Below, piece by piece: positions 14,131-28,936 of a stretch of DNA of 64,000 nucleotides; position 1 is the stretch's first letter; each line of letters opens with the position of its first letter. Position numbers and translations under genes: made by a program. The notes below the pieces were generated by a model. The model ran no database searches. It was not told the origin of the DNA and worked only from the letters and a program-made list of their open reading frames with translations. The DNA is from the human T2T-CHM13v2.0 reference genome, Homo sapiens: the NCBI RefSeq assembly GCF_009914755.1, contig NC_060945.1. One strand, written 5' to 3'.

Positions 14131-14662
14131 AATTCCCTAACTCATTCTATGAGGCCAGGATCACCCTGATACTAAGGCCAGACAAGGACACAACAACAAA
14201 AGAACCTACAGACCAATATCCCTGATGAACGTAGATGGAAAAGTCCTCAACAAAATACTAGCAAACCCAACCCAACAATATATAAAAAAGATAATACACC
14301 ATGATGAAGCGAGTTTTATTCCAGGGGTACAAAGACAGTTCAACACACATAATCAATAAATGTGATTCATCACATAAACAGAATTAAGGATGAAAACCAG
14401 ATGATTACCTCAATAGATGCAAAAAAAAGCATTTGATAAAATTCAAAATCCCTTCATAATAAAAACACTTGACAAACTAGACACAGAAAGAGTATACCTC
14501 AAAATAATAAAGGCAGTGTATGACAAACCTACAACCAATATTATACTAAATGGGGAGAAGTTGAAAGCATTCCCCCTAAGAACTGGAAGAAGACAAGTAT
14601 GCACACTTTTACCTCTCTTATATATCATAATACTGGAAGCCTTGGCCAGAGACATAAGGCAA

Positions 14663-14693
<31 letters not shown>

Positions 14694-14806
14694 TTTTTTG
14701 GAAAAGAAGTCAAATTATTTCTGTTCACTGATGATATGATCTTATATCTAGAACATCCACAAGACTCCACCAATATCTCTTACACTTGGTAAATGAATTC
14801 AGTAAG

Positions 14807-15489
14807 TATATTGGTCCATTCTCATGCTACTATAAAGGACTACCTGGCTGGGCGCGGTGGCTCACGCCTGTAATCCCAGCACTTTGGGAGGCCGAGGCGG
14901 GTGGATCACGAGGTCAGGAGATCGAAACCATCCTGGCTGACACGGTGAAACCCCGTCTCTACTGAAAAATACAAAAAAATCAGCTGGGCGTGGTGGCGGG
15001 CGCCTGTAGTTCCAGCTACTCCGGAGGCTGAGGAGATTGGCTTGAACCTGGGAGGCGGAGCTTGCAGTGAGCTGAGACCACGCCACTGCACTCCGGCCTG
15101 GGCGACAGAGCAAGATTCCCTCTCAAAAAAAAAAAAAAAAAGGACTACCCAAGATTCGGTAATTTATAAAGGGAAGAGGTTTAATTGACTCACAGTTCGG
15201 TATGGCTGTGGAGGCCTCAGGAAACTTACATTCATGGCAGAAGGGGAGGCAAACACAACCTTCTTCACATGATGGCAGGAAGGAGAAGTGCCAAGCACAA
15301 GGGGGAAAAGCCCCTGATAAAACCATCAGATCTCATGAGAACTCACTCACTATCACAAGAACAGCAGCATGGGGGTAACCACACCCATGATTCAATTACC
15401 TCCCACCAAGTCCCTCTCACAATGCGTGGGGATTATGGGAACTACAATTCAAGATGTGATTTAGGTGGGGACACAGCCAAACCATATCA
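14807..15489 (-). mobile_element. THE1 (THE1D-like) solo LTR containing an Alu
   Basis: Ends ...CAGCCAAACCATATCA; 5-bp TSD GTAAG at 14802-14806 and 15490-15494. Confidence 0.88.
14846..15141 (+). mobile_element. Alu (Sc/Y-like)
   Basis: Dimer with poly(A); TSD AAAGGACTACC. Confidence 0.93.
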
Positions 15490-15653
15490 GTAAGGTTTCA
15501 GGATACAAAATCAATGTGCACAAATCACTAGTATTTCTATATACCAATTATGATCATGCTGACAACCAAATTAAGAAGGCAATCACATTTACAGTAGCTA
15601 CAAAAAAATAAAATACCTAGGAATATATTTAACTGAGGAGGTGAAATATTTCT

Positions 15654-18522
15654 TTTTTTTTTTTTTTTTTTAAATTTATTTTTTTATTGATAATTCTTGG
15701 GTGTTTCTCACAGAGGGGGATTTGGCAGGGTCATGGGACAATAGTGGAGGGAAGGTCAGCAGATAAACAAGTGAACAAAGGTCTCTGGTTTTCCTAGGCA
15801 GAGGACCCTGCGGCCTTCCGCAGTGTTTGTGTCCCTGATTACTTGAGATTAGGGAGTGGTGATGACTCTTAACGAGCATGCTGCCTTCAAGCATCTGTTT
15901 AACAAAGCACATCTTGCACCGCCCTTAATCCATTTAACCCTGAGTGGACACAGCACATGTTTCAGAGAGCACAGGGTTGGGGGTAAGGTCACAGATCAAC
16001 AGGATCCCAAGGCAGAGGAATTTTTCTTAGTGCAGAACAAAATGAAAAGTCTCCCATGTCTACTTCTTTCTACACAGACACGGCAACCATCCGATTTCTC
16101 AATCTTTTCCCCACCTTTCCCGCCTTTCTATTCCACAAAGCCGCCATTGTCATCCTGGCCCGTTCTCAATGAGCTGTTGGGCACACCTCCCAGACGGGGT
16201 GGTGGCCGGGCAGAGGGGCTCCTCACTTCCCAGTAGGGGCGGCCGGGCAGAGGCGCCCCTCACCTCCCGGATGGGGCTGCTGGCCGGGCAGGGGGGCTGA
16301 CACCCCCCACCTCCCTCCCGGACGGGGCGGCTGGCCGGGCGGGGGGCTGACCCCCCCACCTCCCTCCCGGACGGGGCGGCTGGCCGGGCAGAGGGGCTCC
16401 TCACTTCCCAGTAGGGGCAGCCGGGCAGAGGTGCCCCTCACCTCCCGGACGGGGTGGCTGGCCGGGCAGGGGGGCTGAACCCCCCCCACCTCCCTCCCGG
16501 ACGGGCGGCTGGCCGGGCGGGGGGCTGACCCCCCCACCTCCCTCCCGGACGGGGCGGCTGGCCGGGCAGAGGGGCTCCTCACTTCCCAGTAGGGGCGGCC
16601 GGGCAGAGGTGCCCCTCACCTCCCGGACGGGGCGGCTGGCCGGGCAGGGGGGCTGACCCCCCCCCCACCTCCCTCCCGGACGGGGCGGCTGGCCGGGCGG
16701 GGGGCCGACCCCCCCACCTCCCTCCCGGACGGGGCGGCTGGCCGGGCGGGGGGCCGAGCCCCCCACCTCCCTCCCAGACAGGGCGGCTGGCCGGGCAGGG
16801 GGCTGACCCCCCAACCTCCCTCCCGGACGGGGCGGCTGGCCGGGCAGAGGGGCTCCTCACTTCCCAGTAGGGGCGGCCGGGCAGAGGCGCCCCTCACCTC
16901 CCGGATGGGGCTGCTGGCCGGGCAGGGGGGCTGACCCCCCCCACCTCCCTCCCGGACGGGGTGGCTGGCCGGGCGGGGGGCTGACCCCCCCACCTCCCTC
17001 CCGGACGGGGCGGCTGGCCGGGCAGAGGGGCTCCTCACTTCCCAGTAGGGGCAGCCGGGCAGAGGTGCCCCTCACCTCCCGGACGGGGCGGCTGGCCGGG
17101 CAGGGGGGCTAAACCCCCCCCACCTCCCTCCCGGACGGGGCGGCTGGCCGGGCGGGGGGCCGACCCCCCCACCTCCCTCCCAGACGGGGCGGCTGGCCGG
17201 GCAGGGGGGCTAAACCCCCCCCACCTCCCTCCCGGACGGGCGGCTGGCCGGGCGGGGGGCTGACCCCCCCACCTCCCTCCCGGACGGGGCGGCTGGCCGG
17301 GCAGAGGGGCTCCTCACTTCCCAGTAGGGGCGGCCGGGCAGAGGTGCCCCTCACCTCCCGGACGGGGCGGCTGGCCGGGCAGGGGGGCTGACCCCCCCCC
17401 CACCTCCCTCCCGGACGGGGCGGCTGGCCGGGCGGGGGGCCGACCCCCCCCACCTCCCTCCCGGACGGGGCGGCTGGCCGGGCGGGGGGCCGAGCCCCCC
17501 ACCTCCCTCCCAGACAGGGCGGCTGGCCGGGCGGGGGGCTGACCCCCCAACCTCCCTCCCGGACGGGGCGGCTGGCCGGGCAGAGGGGCTCGTCACTTCC
17601 CAGTAGGGGCGGCCGGGCAGAGGCGCCCCTCACCTCCCAGACGGGGCGGCTGGCCGGGCGGAGGGCTGACCCCCCCACCTCCCTCCCGGACGGGGCGGCT
17701 GGCCAGGCGGGGGGCTGACCCCCCCCACCTCCCTCCCGGACGGGGCGACTGGCCGGGTGGGGGGGCTGACCCCCCCATCTCCCTCCCGGACGGGGTGGCT
17801 GGCCGGGCTGAGGGGCTCCTCACTTCCCAGTAGGGGCAGCCGGGCAGAGGCACCCCTCACCTCCCGGATGGGGCGGCTGGCCAGGCGGGGGGCTGACCCC
17901 CCCACCTCCCTCCCGGACGGCACGGCTGGCCAGGCGGGGGGCTGACCCCCCCACCTCCCTCCCGGATGGGGCGGCTGCCGGGCGGAGACGCTCCTCACTT
18001 CCCAGATGGGGTGGCTGCCGGGCGGAGAGGCTCCTCACTTCTCAGACGGGGCAGCTGCCGGGCGGAGGGGCTCCTCACTTCTCAGACGGGGTGGTTGCCA
18101 GGCAGAGGGTCTCCTCACTTCTCAGACGGGGTCTCGGCCGGGCAGAGGCGCTCCTCACATCCCAGATGGGGCGGCGGGGCAGAGGCACTCCCCACATCTC
18201 AGATGATGGGCGGCCGGGCAGAGACGCTCCTCACTTCCTAGATGTGATGGCGGCTGGGAAGAGGCGCTCCTCACTTCCTAGATGGGATGGCGGCCGGGCG
18301 GAGACGCTCCTCACTTTCCAGACTGGGCAGCCAGGCAGAGGGGCTCCTCACATCCCAGACGATGGGCGGCCAGGCAGAGACACTCCTCACTTCCCAGACG
18401 GGGTGGCGGCCGGGCAGAGGCTGCAATCTCGGCACTTTGGGAGGCCAAGGCAGGCGGCTGCTCCTTGCCCTCGGGCCCCGCGGGGCCCGTCCGCTCCTCC
18501 AGCCGCTGCCTCCCGGGCGGCC
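15654..18522 (-). mobile_element. SVA_F1 (MAST2-SVA) retrotransposon
   Basis: Poly(T), SINE-R (~15675-16190), GC-rich VNTR (~16190-18420), truncated Alu-like part, no CCCTCT hexamers, MAST2 exon-1 segment at the 5' end; 16-bp TSD GAGGTGAAATATTTCT at 15638-15653 and 18523-18538. Confidence 0.95.
18458..18521 (-). other. MAST2: Captured MAST2 exon 1 fragment at the SVA_F1 5' end
   Basis: Minus strand encodes PPGRQRLEERTGPAGPEGKEQ (in ORF 18311-18586), the end of MAST2 exon 1, joined GAGCAG|CCGCCTGCCTTGGCC to the SVA Alu-like region. Confidence 0.9.
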
Positions 18523-19986
18523 GAGGTGAAATATTTCTACAAGGAAAACTACAAAATATTGATGAAAGAAATTGTAGACGACACAAGCAAATGGAAAACT
18601 ATCTTATTTAATGGATCAGAAGAATTAGTATCATTAAAATGACCATAATGCCCAAAACAATCTACAGATTTAATGCAATTTCCATCAAAATGCCAACATC
18701 GAGTTTCACAGAATTGGGGAAAAAAATCTTAAAATTTATATGGAACCAAAAAAAATCCCAAATAGTGAAAGCAATCCTAAGCAAAAAGAACGAAGCTGGA
18801 GGCATCACATTAACTGACTTCAAGCTACACAACAAAGCTACAAAAACACCATGGTACTGATACAAAAATAGACACATAGACAAGTGGAACAGAATAGAGA
18901 AGGCAGAAATAAAGCAGCATACCTATAACCAATTGATCTTCAACAAAGTCAACAAAAACAAGCTAATGGAAAAAGGATCCCTATTCAATAAATGATGCTG
19001 GGAAAACTGGCTAGCCATATGCAGAAGAGTGAAACAGGACCCCTATCTCTCATCATAAACAAAAAGCAACTCGAGATGAATCAAAGACATAAATGTAAGA
19101 CTTGAAACTATAAAAATATTAGAAGAAAACCTAGGAAAAACTCTTCTGGACATTAGTCTAGGTAAAGAATTCATTACTAAGACCTCAAAAGCACAAGCAA
19201 CAACAACAAAAATAGAAAAATGGGACTTAATTAACCTAAAAAGCTGCTGCACAGCAAAATAAATAATCAACAGAATGAACAATCTTCAGAATGGGAGAAA
19301 ATATTCACAAACTATGTATCCAACAGGGGACTAATATCCAAAATTTACAAGGAATTCACATGACTCAAGAACAACAAAAAATCCAAGTAATCCCATTAAA
19401 AAGTGGGCAAAAACCATAAAAAGACATGTCTTCTCGAAAGAAGGCATACAAATGGCTAACAAACATATGAAAGAATGCTCATTATATCACTAATCTCAGA
19501 AAAATGCGAATTAAAACCACAATGAGATATCATCTCACACCAATAGGAATAACTATTATTAAAAAGTAAAAAAAAAAAAAAAAAAAGATGTTGGTGAAAA
19601 CGTGAAGAAAAGGGAATGCTTATACACTTCTGGTGGCAATATAAATTAGTATAACAATTATGGAAAATAGTATGAAGAATTCGCAAAGAACTAAAAATAG
19701 AACTACCATTTGATCCAGCAATCACACTACTGGATGTATAACCAAAGGTAAAGAAATAATTATATCAAAAGATACCTACACTCATACTTATCTTAGCACT
19801 GTTCACAATAACATATGAAATCAACCTAAGTGTCCATCAGTCGATAATTAGATAAAGAAAATGTGGTATATACACCCAGCGTAATACTATTCAGTCATAA
19901 AAAGAATGAAATCATGTCTCTTGCAGCAGCAAGGATGGAACTGGAGGCCATTATCCTAAGTGAAGCAATTCACAAATAGAAAGTCA

Positions 19987-20324
<338 letters not shown>

Positions 20325-20879
20325 CTAAATAGTATGTATACATGGACATGGAGTGTGGAACAATAGACATTGGAGACTTGGAATGGTGGGGCGTGGTGGT
20401 GACAGATGAGAAATTACTTATGTACATTATTCAAGTGATGGCTATATTAAAAGCCCAGACTTCAATACTATGTAATATATTCACGTAACAAAACTGCACT
20501 TATACCCCTTAAATTTATAAAAAGAAAAAAATTAGGGCCTACCCTAGTCGAATATGACCTCATCATAACTTGATTACATCTATTGTCTGTTATGTTTCGA
20601 AATAAGGTCACATTCACACGTACCAGGGATTAGGACTTCAACATATGTTTTTGGGAGGCCCACTTCAACTCATAGTAGTCCCCATCAACAATTCCAAAGC
20701 CCAAATCATGATCTCACCCTTAAAACTCTGCGTCAAACTTTCCATTCAGTTCATTCATTCATTTATTCAGCATTGCTAGGCTTAATTGTTGGTGCCAAAA
20801 TAAGACAGTGAAAATCAAGAAAAACCATGAAAATCATTTGTGCAAGTCTGAAAGCATTTTATATGTTATCACATCCGCC

Positions 20880-21980
20880 CATTCCCAAATCCAAACAATT
20901 ATCAAGTCTTGCTGACTTCATTTTTTGAATACGTCTCACATCCATTCCTTTTTTTTTTTTTTTCCAATTCCACCTCTACCTTCATCTCTGGAGTCCAAAT
21001 TCTCATATTCTCCTGCCTGGACATCTGTAATAGCCTTCTAAATGCGAATCACATTTAATTCTCATTCTGTCTAATGAGTTACTACTCTAAGGTTAGATTT
21101 CCTCCTACAACCTCCCTCCCTGCCCAGACTTAAAACACTTCAATGATTTTCCAATATTTTTAGAGTAAAGCCAAACTTGAGTTGGGCACAGTGGCACGTG
21201 CCTGTAGTCCCAACTACTTGTGAGGCTGAGTCAGGAGCATATTTTGAGCCCATTCACTTAAGCCCAGGAGTGTCAGGCCATCCTGGGCAACATAACTCAT
21301 CTCTTTAAAAAAAAGAATAAAGCCAAACTCCTCAACATGGCTGATGAAACTCTGGGTGGTGGACTTTACCCACTTGTCTAGCCTCGGCTCACACCATACC
21401 CCACCCCTCACTTCCTCAGCTCCAACCACATTGGTCTTCTTTCAGTCTCTCAAATTTTAAAATGTGTACAGATTGCTAGGGAATCTTGTTAAAATGCAGA
21501 TTCTGGTTAAGTCAATCTGGAATTGTGCCTGAGAGTCTGCGTTTCTGATTAGCTCCCACGTGGTACAAAGGTTGATGGTCCAAAACTCTGTTTGAATCCG
21601 AAGGTTTGCCAGTTTCCGTGCTCCCTTGGCATATGCTTTTGCACATGTTCCTGGCTTTCCTCAACACTCTTTCCTCCTCTCTTCACTTGAACCCATTGTT
21701 CAGATCTCAATTATTATCTCTTCTCGTGGAAGTCTTCTCTGACCTTCCTGACTAGGCCAAATCCCCCCAATCCCAGTGCGAAGTCTCAGGGACTCTGTCT
21801 CTCCTTAGCACTTAGCATAGTTGAGTTCTATGTTTTCTGTGCACATTTTTAAAATCATATATTTGTCTCCCCCAAGACCATTGGCTCCATGATGGAGTGT
21901 CTGTTTCTGATTGCCATCGCATCCCCAGAATCCACATAGCATGGGGTTTTCAGATGAGACACTTAATAAATATTTGTTGA
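20880..21980 (+). mobile_element. Degraded L2 3' region with embedded Alu monomer (~21180-21315) and MER5-like piece (~21455-21600)
   Basis: L2-type motifs ending AATAAATATTTGTTGA; MER5 motif GAATCTTGTTAAAATGCAGATTCTG. Confidence 0.6.
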
Positions 21981-22420
<440 letters not shown>

Positions 22421-23329
22421 TTAAAAATGAATGGATGGATGAATAAATAAATAAATAAATAAATATTTGTTGAATGAATGAATCAGTGGTACCGAGTTCT
22501 TAACAGCCTTTTCTTTTACTAACAGGGTAAAAGGATGATTTAATTAAGTTGCCCTGTGGATGTTTAGACTCTCTATAAGAAAATGGCTTTGGTTTCCCCA
22601 GACTGTTCAGCAGAGATTCTGCTGCTTCTATTCTGGGTTGCTTCTGATGTTGTTAACAACCTTTGCACACACTCTGGGTTTGTTTCTGCCTTGTGGCTGC
22701 TGAGCTCAGATGGTGACCTGGGGTTAATAAAATCATGTCTCTGCAAGCAAGAGAGAGCCTCTCTGGTTATTTCAAATAGCGGGGGCTTGATTGTAAGGTT
22801 GTATGTGGAAATTAGGTAGATGGGATCTTAGCTGGGTAGGCAGTCCACTCAGACAACAGAGCACTACAAGGTTGCCTGGAGTTAAATGCAGCTCTTGAGG
22901 CAGCTCTTGTCACTGTGTCAATATCGCAAGTTGATTGCTCTCTGGTGTCTGGCTCCACCACTAAGACAGCTCAGCTGTTCTTCCTGTCCCTGGATTACTT
23001 GGAGTATCCTTCAATTTCTGTTTTTGCCACTGCTTGTTCTCTCCCAATATGAAGTGCTCGTTCACAGTTTCCATCACTTTCTGGTTTCTGTGGCATCACT
23101 GCATCTGCTGGCTGCCTTCTTAGCTTTTACTCCCTGGTGTCTGCTGCTCGTATTCTCCATATACCTTGCATTCAAATTTTATTGCTTTGTTTAATCACAG
23201 TGTAGTCTTTTTCTGATTCTTACGCCACAAGCCTAGGCCACTAACAGGCCCATATCATCATATTTGCTGCCTATGAGCTTGATGCTCTCCTGGTCCAAGC
23301 AGGTCTGAGAAGGACAGTATGCTTACATG

Positions 23330-23512
23330 CAGCAGCGTGCTGGAGATCCCCAAGAGATGATTGTTAAATATTTAGGAAATTGATGAGCCCAGTTAAACAG
23401 CTGGTAGCTTGAAATCAGCCAAAGTAGGAAAATTTACACCACAGAAATTGGCAAAGGATATATATGTCGGGGCCCCATTTTTCCCTACAGAGCCAGTTTC
23501 CCAACACATGAA
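23330..23512 (+). mobile_element. MER63-like hAT-Blackjack MITE
   Basis: CAGCAGCGTGCTGGAG...GGTAGCTTGAAATCAGCC...TTTACACCACAGAAATTGGCAAA. Confidence 0.7.
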
Positions 23513-23719
23513 TAGAATAAAAAACAAGGCTCCACTCCAAGGAAGCATTCAGAGCCATTTCCCTTGGTTATGTGGTTGCTATTCCAAGGCTTCCCTAATG
23601 GGGCAGTATGATCAGCAAGTCCCTTACATGGCTAGTTCAGTCTAACATGGTCACTCCCAGGACTTCCAAAGTAGACACAGACACCTTTCATTGCTGTTGC
23701 TACCCAATTGCTGCTATAC

Positions 23720-24060
23720 TTATGTTTTAGAATGAGTTTCTTGGGAAACAAAGTCTGAGATGAGAATTTGTGTGCAGAATCTTATTAGGGAGTACTCTTG
23801 GGTTCAACTCTTAGAGGGGAGTGGAGGTACGATTATACAAAGGGAGGAGTTCAGCTGTGATGCAGTCACCAAAAAAGACATCAGGCAATTCCATCAGGAG
23901 GACCAGCCGTTAGATGAGGGCTGAGGGCTGCCTGTCGGAGCAGCTCTCTTCAGAATAGAGTGAGTCCCAGGGAGAAACTCTGGGCGGAGAACCATCAGCC
24001 ACCAACACTCCCAGTGCCTGGGGGAATGAGCGTCTCAGTTTTGAAGGGGAATCTGTACGG
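23720..24060 (-). mobile_element. LTR16-like ERVL LTR
   Basis: GTCTGAGATGAGAATTTGTGTGCAG...TTATTAGGGAG...GCTGTGATGCAGTC. Confidence 0.6.
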
Positions 24061-24581
24061 CTCATGCATATTCACTTATATGAAGGGAAAAAAGCGTAAG
24101 AGTTATTAAAGTTTCTTTAGAACATATTAAAGTTGTTTTCATTAAGTTCTTGAGCAGGAAAACTTTGATAATTTGACAACAAATCTCTAAGGGTTGTAAT
24201 TCTACTTCTATATCTTTCTGTTTTTCTGAGCCCTCATCTCCTGAAAACATGGTGACCCCAGTTTCCTCACCAGGAGGATCAGAGGACAAAATCACTGACA
24301 TTTCATAGTATCACACTTACCTATCTTAATCTTCCGTGCTTAACTCTGCCCTTCTCTCCACTCAGGGCATTCCTGTCTCCAGCATTAGGTGTAACAGACT
24401 CAGGATTACATAGTGCTTATGCTGCAGACTTTTTCCCTTTACCTTCACATCCCTCCATCCTGGCATTGGTTTTAATGTTTCTCACCCCTCCCTTTCTGGC
24501 AGGCCTCTTGTACTTTTTTGTAGGTTGACTTGCCAAATTACAGATTTGGTCCTTCCAAGAAGTGTGACCTTGGAGAAACCT

Positions 24582-25143
24582 TGGCAGATATGGCACTTTA
24601 AGGATGGTTACAAGTTCTTTGACTTTCTTTCCATCAGGAGATTGGATGGGGGTGGGACGTCTATGGCCTTTTGCCTTGAAAATGTGTGGCTCAGTGACTG
24701 CTTTAACAGTAGAAAATGGCGGAAATAATATTGTACTACCTGTTGAGCTCAGCCTTTAAGAAATTAGCAGGTTCTATTCTGGTTCTTAGAAAACTTTCTT
24801 TAAGAGCCCTAAGCCATGTGAGAAATGCAACTACCTGAGGCCTCATGCCAGAGAGGCCAGCATGGGTGCTCTGGTCCATGGCCCCAGCTGAGCCCAGCCT
24901 GCCAGTCATCCCTGCCAGTGTGCCAGACACGGGCATGAAGCCGCATTGGATCCTCCGCACAACATATCTGCCAGCCAAATACCTGAGCAACCTCAATCAA
25001 TGCCGCATGGAGTGGAAAAATCACCCAGGTGAGTCCTGCCTGAATTCCTGATACACAAGATCTTAAGATATAATAAAACAAGTCCCGCTTTAAGCTGCTA
25101 ACATTTGAATTGATCTATTACACAGCAATAAATCATGGAAACA
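24582..25143 (+). mobile_element. MLT1 (F/G/H-like) LTR
   Basis: GCCCCAGCTGAGCCCAGCC...TTTAAGCTGCTAA...TTACACAGCAATA end. Confidence 0.7.
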
Positions 25144-25189
25144 TCAGGTACATAGCATTCTAAATCACTGACCAAGATGATGCTGGTAT

Positions 25190-25481
25190 TTTTTTTCTTT
25201 TTCTTTTTCTGTTTTTTTTTTTTTTTTTTTTTTTTGGAGACAAAGTCGTGTTTTGTCACCCAGGTTGGAGTGGCATAATCACGACTCACTGCCTCAACTT
25301 CCCAGGTTCAAGTGATCCTCCCACCTCAGCCTCCTAAGTAGCTGAGACTACAGGCACGCACCACTACACCCGGCTAATTTTTGTATGTTTTTGTAGAGAC
25401 AGCGTTTCACCATGTTTCCCAGGCTGGTCTTGATCTCCTGAACTCAAGTGATCCACCTGCCTTGGCCTCCCAACGTGGTGG
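25190..25481 (-). mobile_element. AluJ
   Basis: Diverged dimer with T-rich tail. Confidence 0.88.
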
Positions 25482-27539
25482 TATTTTCTTCATAATTGTT
25501 TAATGAATGCTGCAACTAAGTGTCCCAAAATGTATTGCCAATTTAAATATGTAGTTCAAACTTCACTGAGAAACTAAGAGGCTAAGTTCTCTTTCTGTTA
25601 TCTGCCTGGACATAAAGACGTATGTTTGGAGATGGCAGCCTTTTTTTCTGTTAGATGAGTAGATATGGAGAGTGCCAGGCACTCTTCTTTGTGTTTTCTC
25701 CCCTCTTTTCCCTTTCCCTTGGATTATAGTCCTTTTGATCCAACTTATATATAACCTTATAGAAACGAATAGAGGGTTAAAAGCTGTGGTGTTTGGGGCC
25801 TCCTTCCCTCCTTTCAGAACACAGTGTAATCCTAGGACTTACGCCATTTACCCTTTGGGAGATGTATCTCTCCACAAGGACAGAGGGTTAGATTTTCAAT
25901 TCTTGGGGACAATAAGTTTATTCATTTGAAGCAAAGCTCCAAAAATCTGACCTTGCTAAGAAGATGCTATTATCCGATCTCCTTCCACTGGGGAGAAATC
26001 ACTTTTCAATAAAAAATTTCTATTGTTTTTACAAAGAGAGAATATAATTTTTACTAAATTACAATGAACATGATGTAGACTTTATAGAAGGAAATAGGAT
26101 TGAGAAATTATCCCTAAATGAAATCAGACAATGCACAAAGAGAACATAACTTGTGCATACAGAGGCTTTGTTCCTGTGAGCCTTGCTATTGTAAAATCTC
26201 ACGTAGTCAAAGAAGCAAAGATACTTCAAGCAGAATCCTGAGAATTCTTGTAATTTGCTTTCTAATTCTGCATTCCCTGCCCTTCCCTGGTGTGCTTTTA
26301 GGTAAGCATGGAGAAGATGAATGAACACGCAGGGAAATAGAACAGAAATGTTAACTACACTGTTCACAAGAGTAACTCAATCACACTTTCTTATGTGCAT
26401 TAGAATTATAGAGATGAAGAGGGATTTCATTCCAATCCCTCTTTTACTCATTAGGTAAAAGGAGGCACAGAGAATTTAAATGACTTGTTCAGAATCACAT
26501 AGCCAGTTTTTGTTACATTGGGATTAGAAAACCAGCAATTGTTTGTACTATGACTACATCAACTCCTACTTTAATAACAATATTTATCCTTTCCAGAGTA
26601 TTTGTTGACCTCTATCTAATATAGGGTACTGTGCCAGTCATTGGTTATGAGGAGCTGAATAAGACAGAGACAGCCCTGGCATCATGGAACTTACTCAAAG
26701 CAATCTGGTGGGACAGTAAAAAATGGTACTATTCAATGCGGTATGGTGCTCATAAGATGACAATCAAATTAAACTTTTCTTAGCATAGTCTTACTTATTG
26801 AACTGATGGGACAGCCAGCATAGTTTCCTTTAGGATACTCTGATTCCCTAACATTCTAAGGGGAGAAAATTTACTCTTGGATCCTGCTTTTATTAAAGAA
26901 GTTAGAGATTAAGTTTACAGACTTTTTTCTGTTACTTTGCGGCAAGATCTGTCCTTGTTCTCACAGAAGCCTGGAGGCTGGTTAGTCACTCTCAGTTCTT
27001 CCTGCTAAGGTTGAGTCCTATAAACGCTTGTTAGTCTAATTTAGTTGTCAAGGAGGGCCACTTTTTACCCAGCCTCTTTTGGTTTAAACTCTTTGTCAAG
27101 CAGAACTGATTGAAACAAATAGAAAGGAAGACAAGTTGCTATTTTAATATAGAACATTTTGGTTTGTTAGAATTAGTATCTGGAAAAAGATTCCAGAGCA
27201 ACAGAAAGATGCGACTCAGTTATACTTCCTGCATAAACATCTAAGCAGCAACAATTGAGTAAGAAACACATGTAAAGACAAGATGGGATGGGAATGTATT
27301 AGGATAAGCCACATGGAATTCCCTATATGCAACAATTTTGACCTACAAAAATGGCAGTGTTCTTTAATTCAAATATGTTCTATTGCATGTATCAAAATCA
27401 GTTCGATTTAGTAAATGTTCACGTTTATTTCTGAGCAAGGGCCTTGGGTAATTTTATCTCTGCATGACTCAGTTTCCTTATTTGAAAAGTTGGTATAATA
27501 GATGTTGTTTATTTATTTATTTACTGTTAAAACCAATTC

Positions 27540-27811
<272 letters not shown>

Positions 27812-28528
27812 TTAAATGTGGCAGTGAGAACCGCTTAGGAGATACATGTGGCCTTCTGAAATATGCTGAGTGGGGAACACTGAGCTGTATCACCGCTGTG
27901 CTATAGTTGATTCACTTATTTGGTCCTGTGGGTGCAATCTGCTGTTCTGAACACTAGCCCTTGTACCGTTGTCAATATCTTTGCTGGCCCAGTTCCCCGT
28001 TATGTATCGTGCTGGCTGAAATTTTATCTACCCTTTAAAGTTGATTCCAAATACTACCTGCTCCATAAAACCTTTCTTAAGTCCACCCCCTGCCAGCCTT
28101 GCATGTTGTTTTGAAGTTGGATAACATATTGCAGCAGGCAAAGTAGAAATAGCAATGGGCTGGGGACCACACCAAGCTCCAGTTCTGTGCAAACCAATAG
28201 CATCGGAGCATGTATACTCATAATCAGTTTTTGTTGAATGGCTGCATGACTGACTAAATGGATGAATCGGTTGCCTTGGACGAGAAACTTTTGGAGCCTT
28301 AATATCTTTATCTGTGGAATAAGGTCATTATAAAGAACTTCCTTTCCCTAAAAGTGGTCCTTGAAATACCTGGTTCTTGTTTAATGGTGAGTCTCATCCT
28401 TCTATCGGAACCAGAATCACTGGGGGCCTGAGAATCTGTGTTTAACATATACCGTTGGTGATCATTATACTCAATAAAATTGGAAAAGCATTGAACTGGT
28501 GGTTATCTGTTCAATCAAAGCAATGTGA

Positions 28529-28936
<408 letters not shown>

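Noticed and set aside
16190-18420. Regularly spaced repeats that could be taken for a CRISPR array
   Set aside because: No unique spacers and no cas genes; this is the SVA VNTR in human DNA
15676-18642. Many overlapping Pro/Gly/Arg-rich ORFs
   Set aside because: Products of the stop-poor GC-rich SVA VNTR, not genes
22860-23200. Hydrophobic 102-aa + ORF and minus-strand ILGEN/GREQ words recalling bornavirus P
   Set aside because: The two words overlap in different frames with no collinear support; the region remains unassigned
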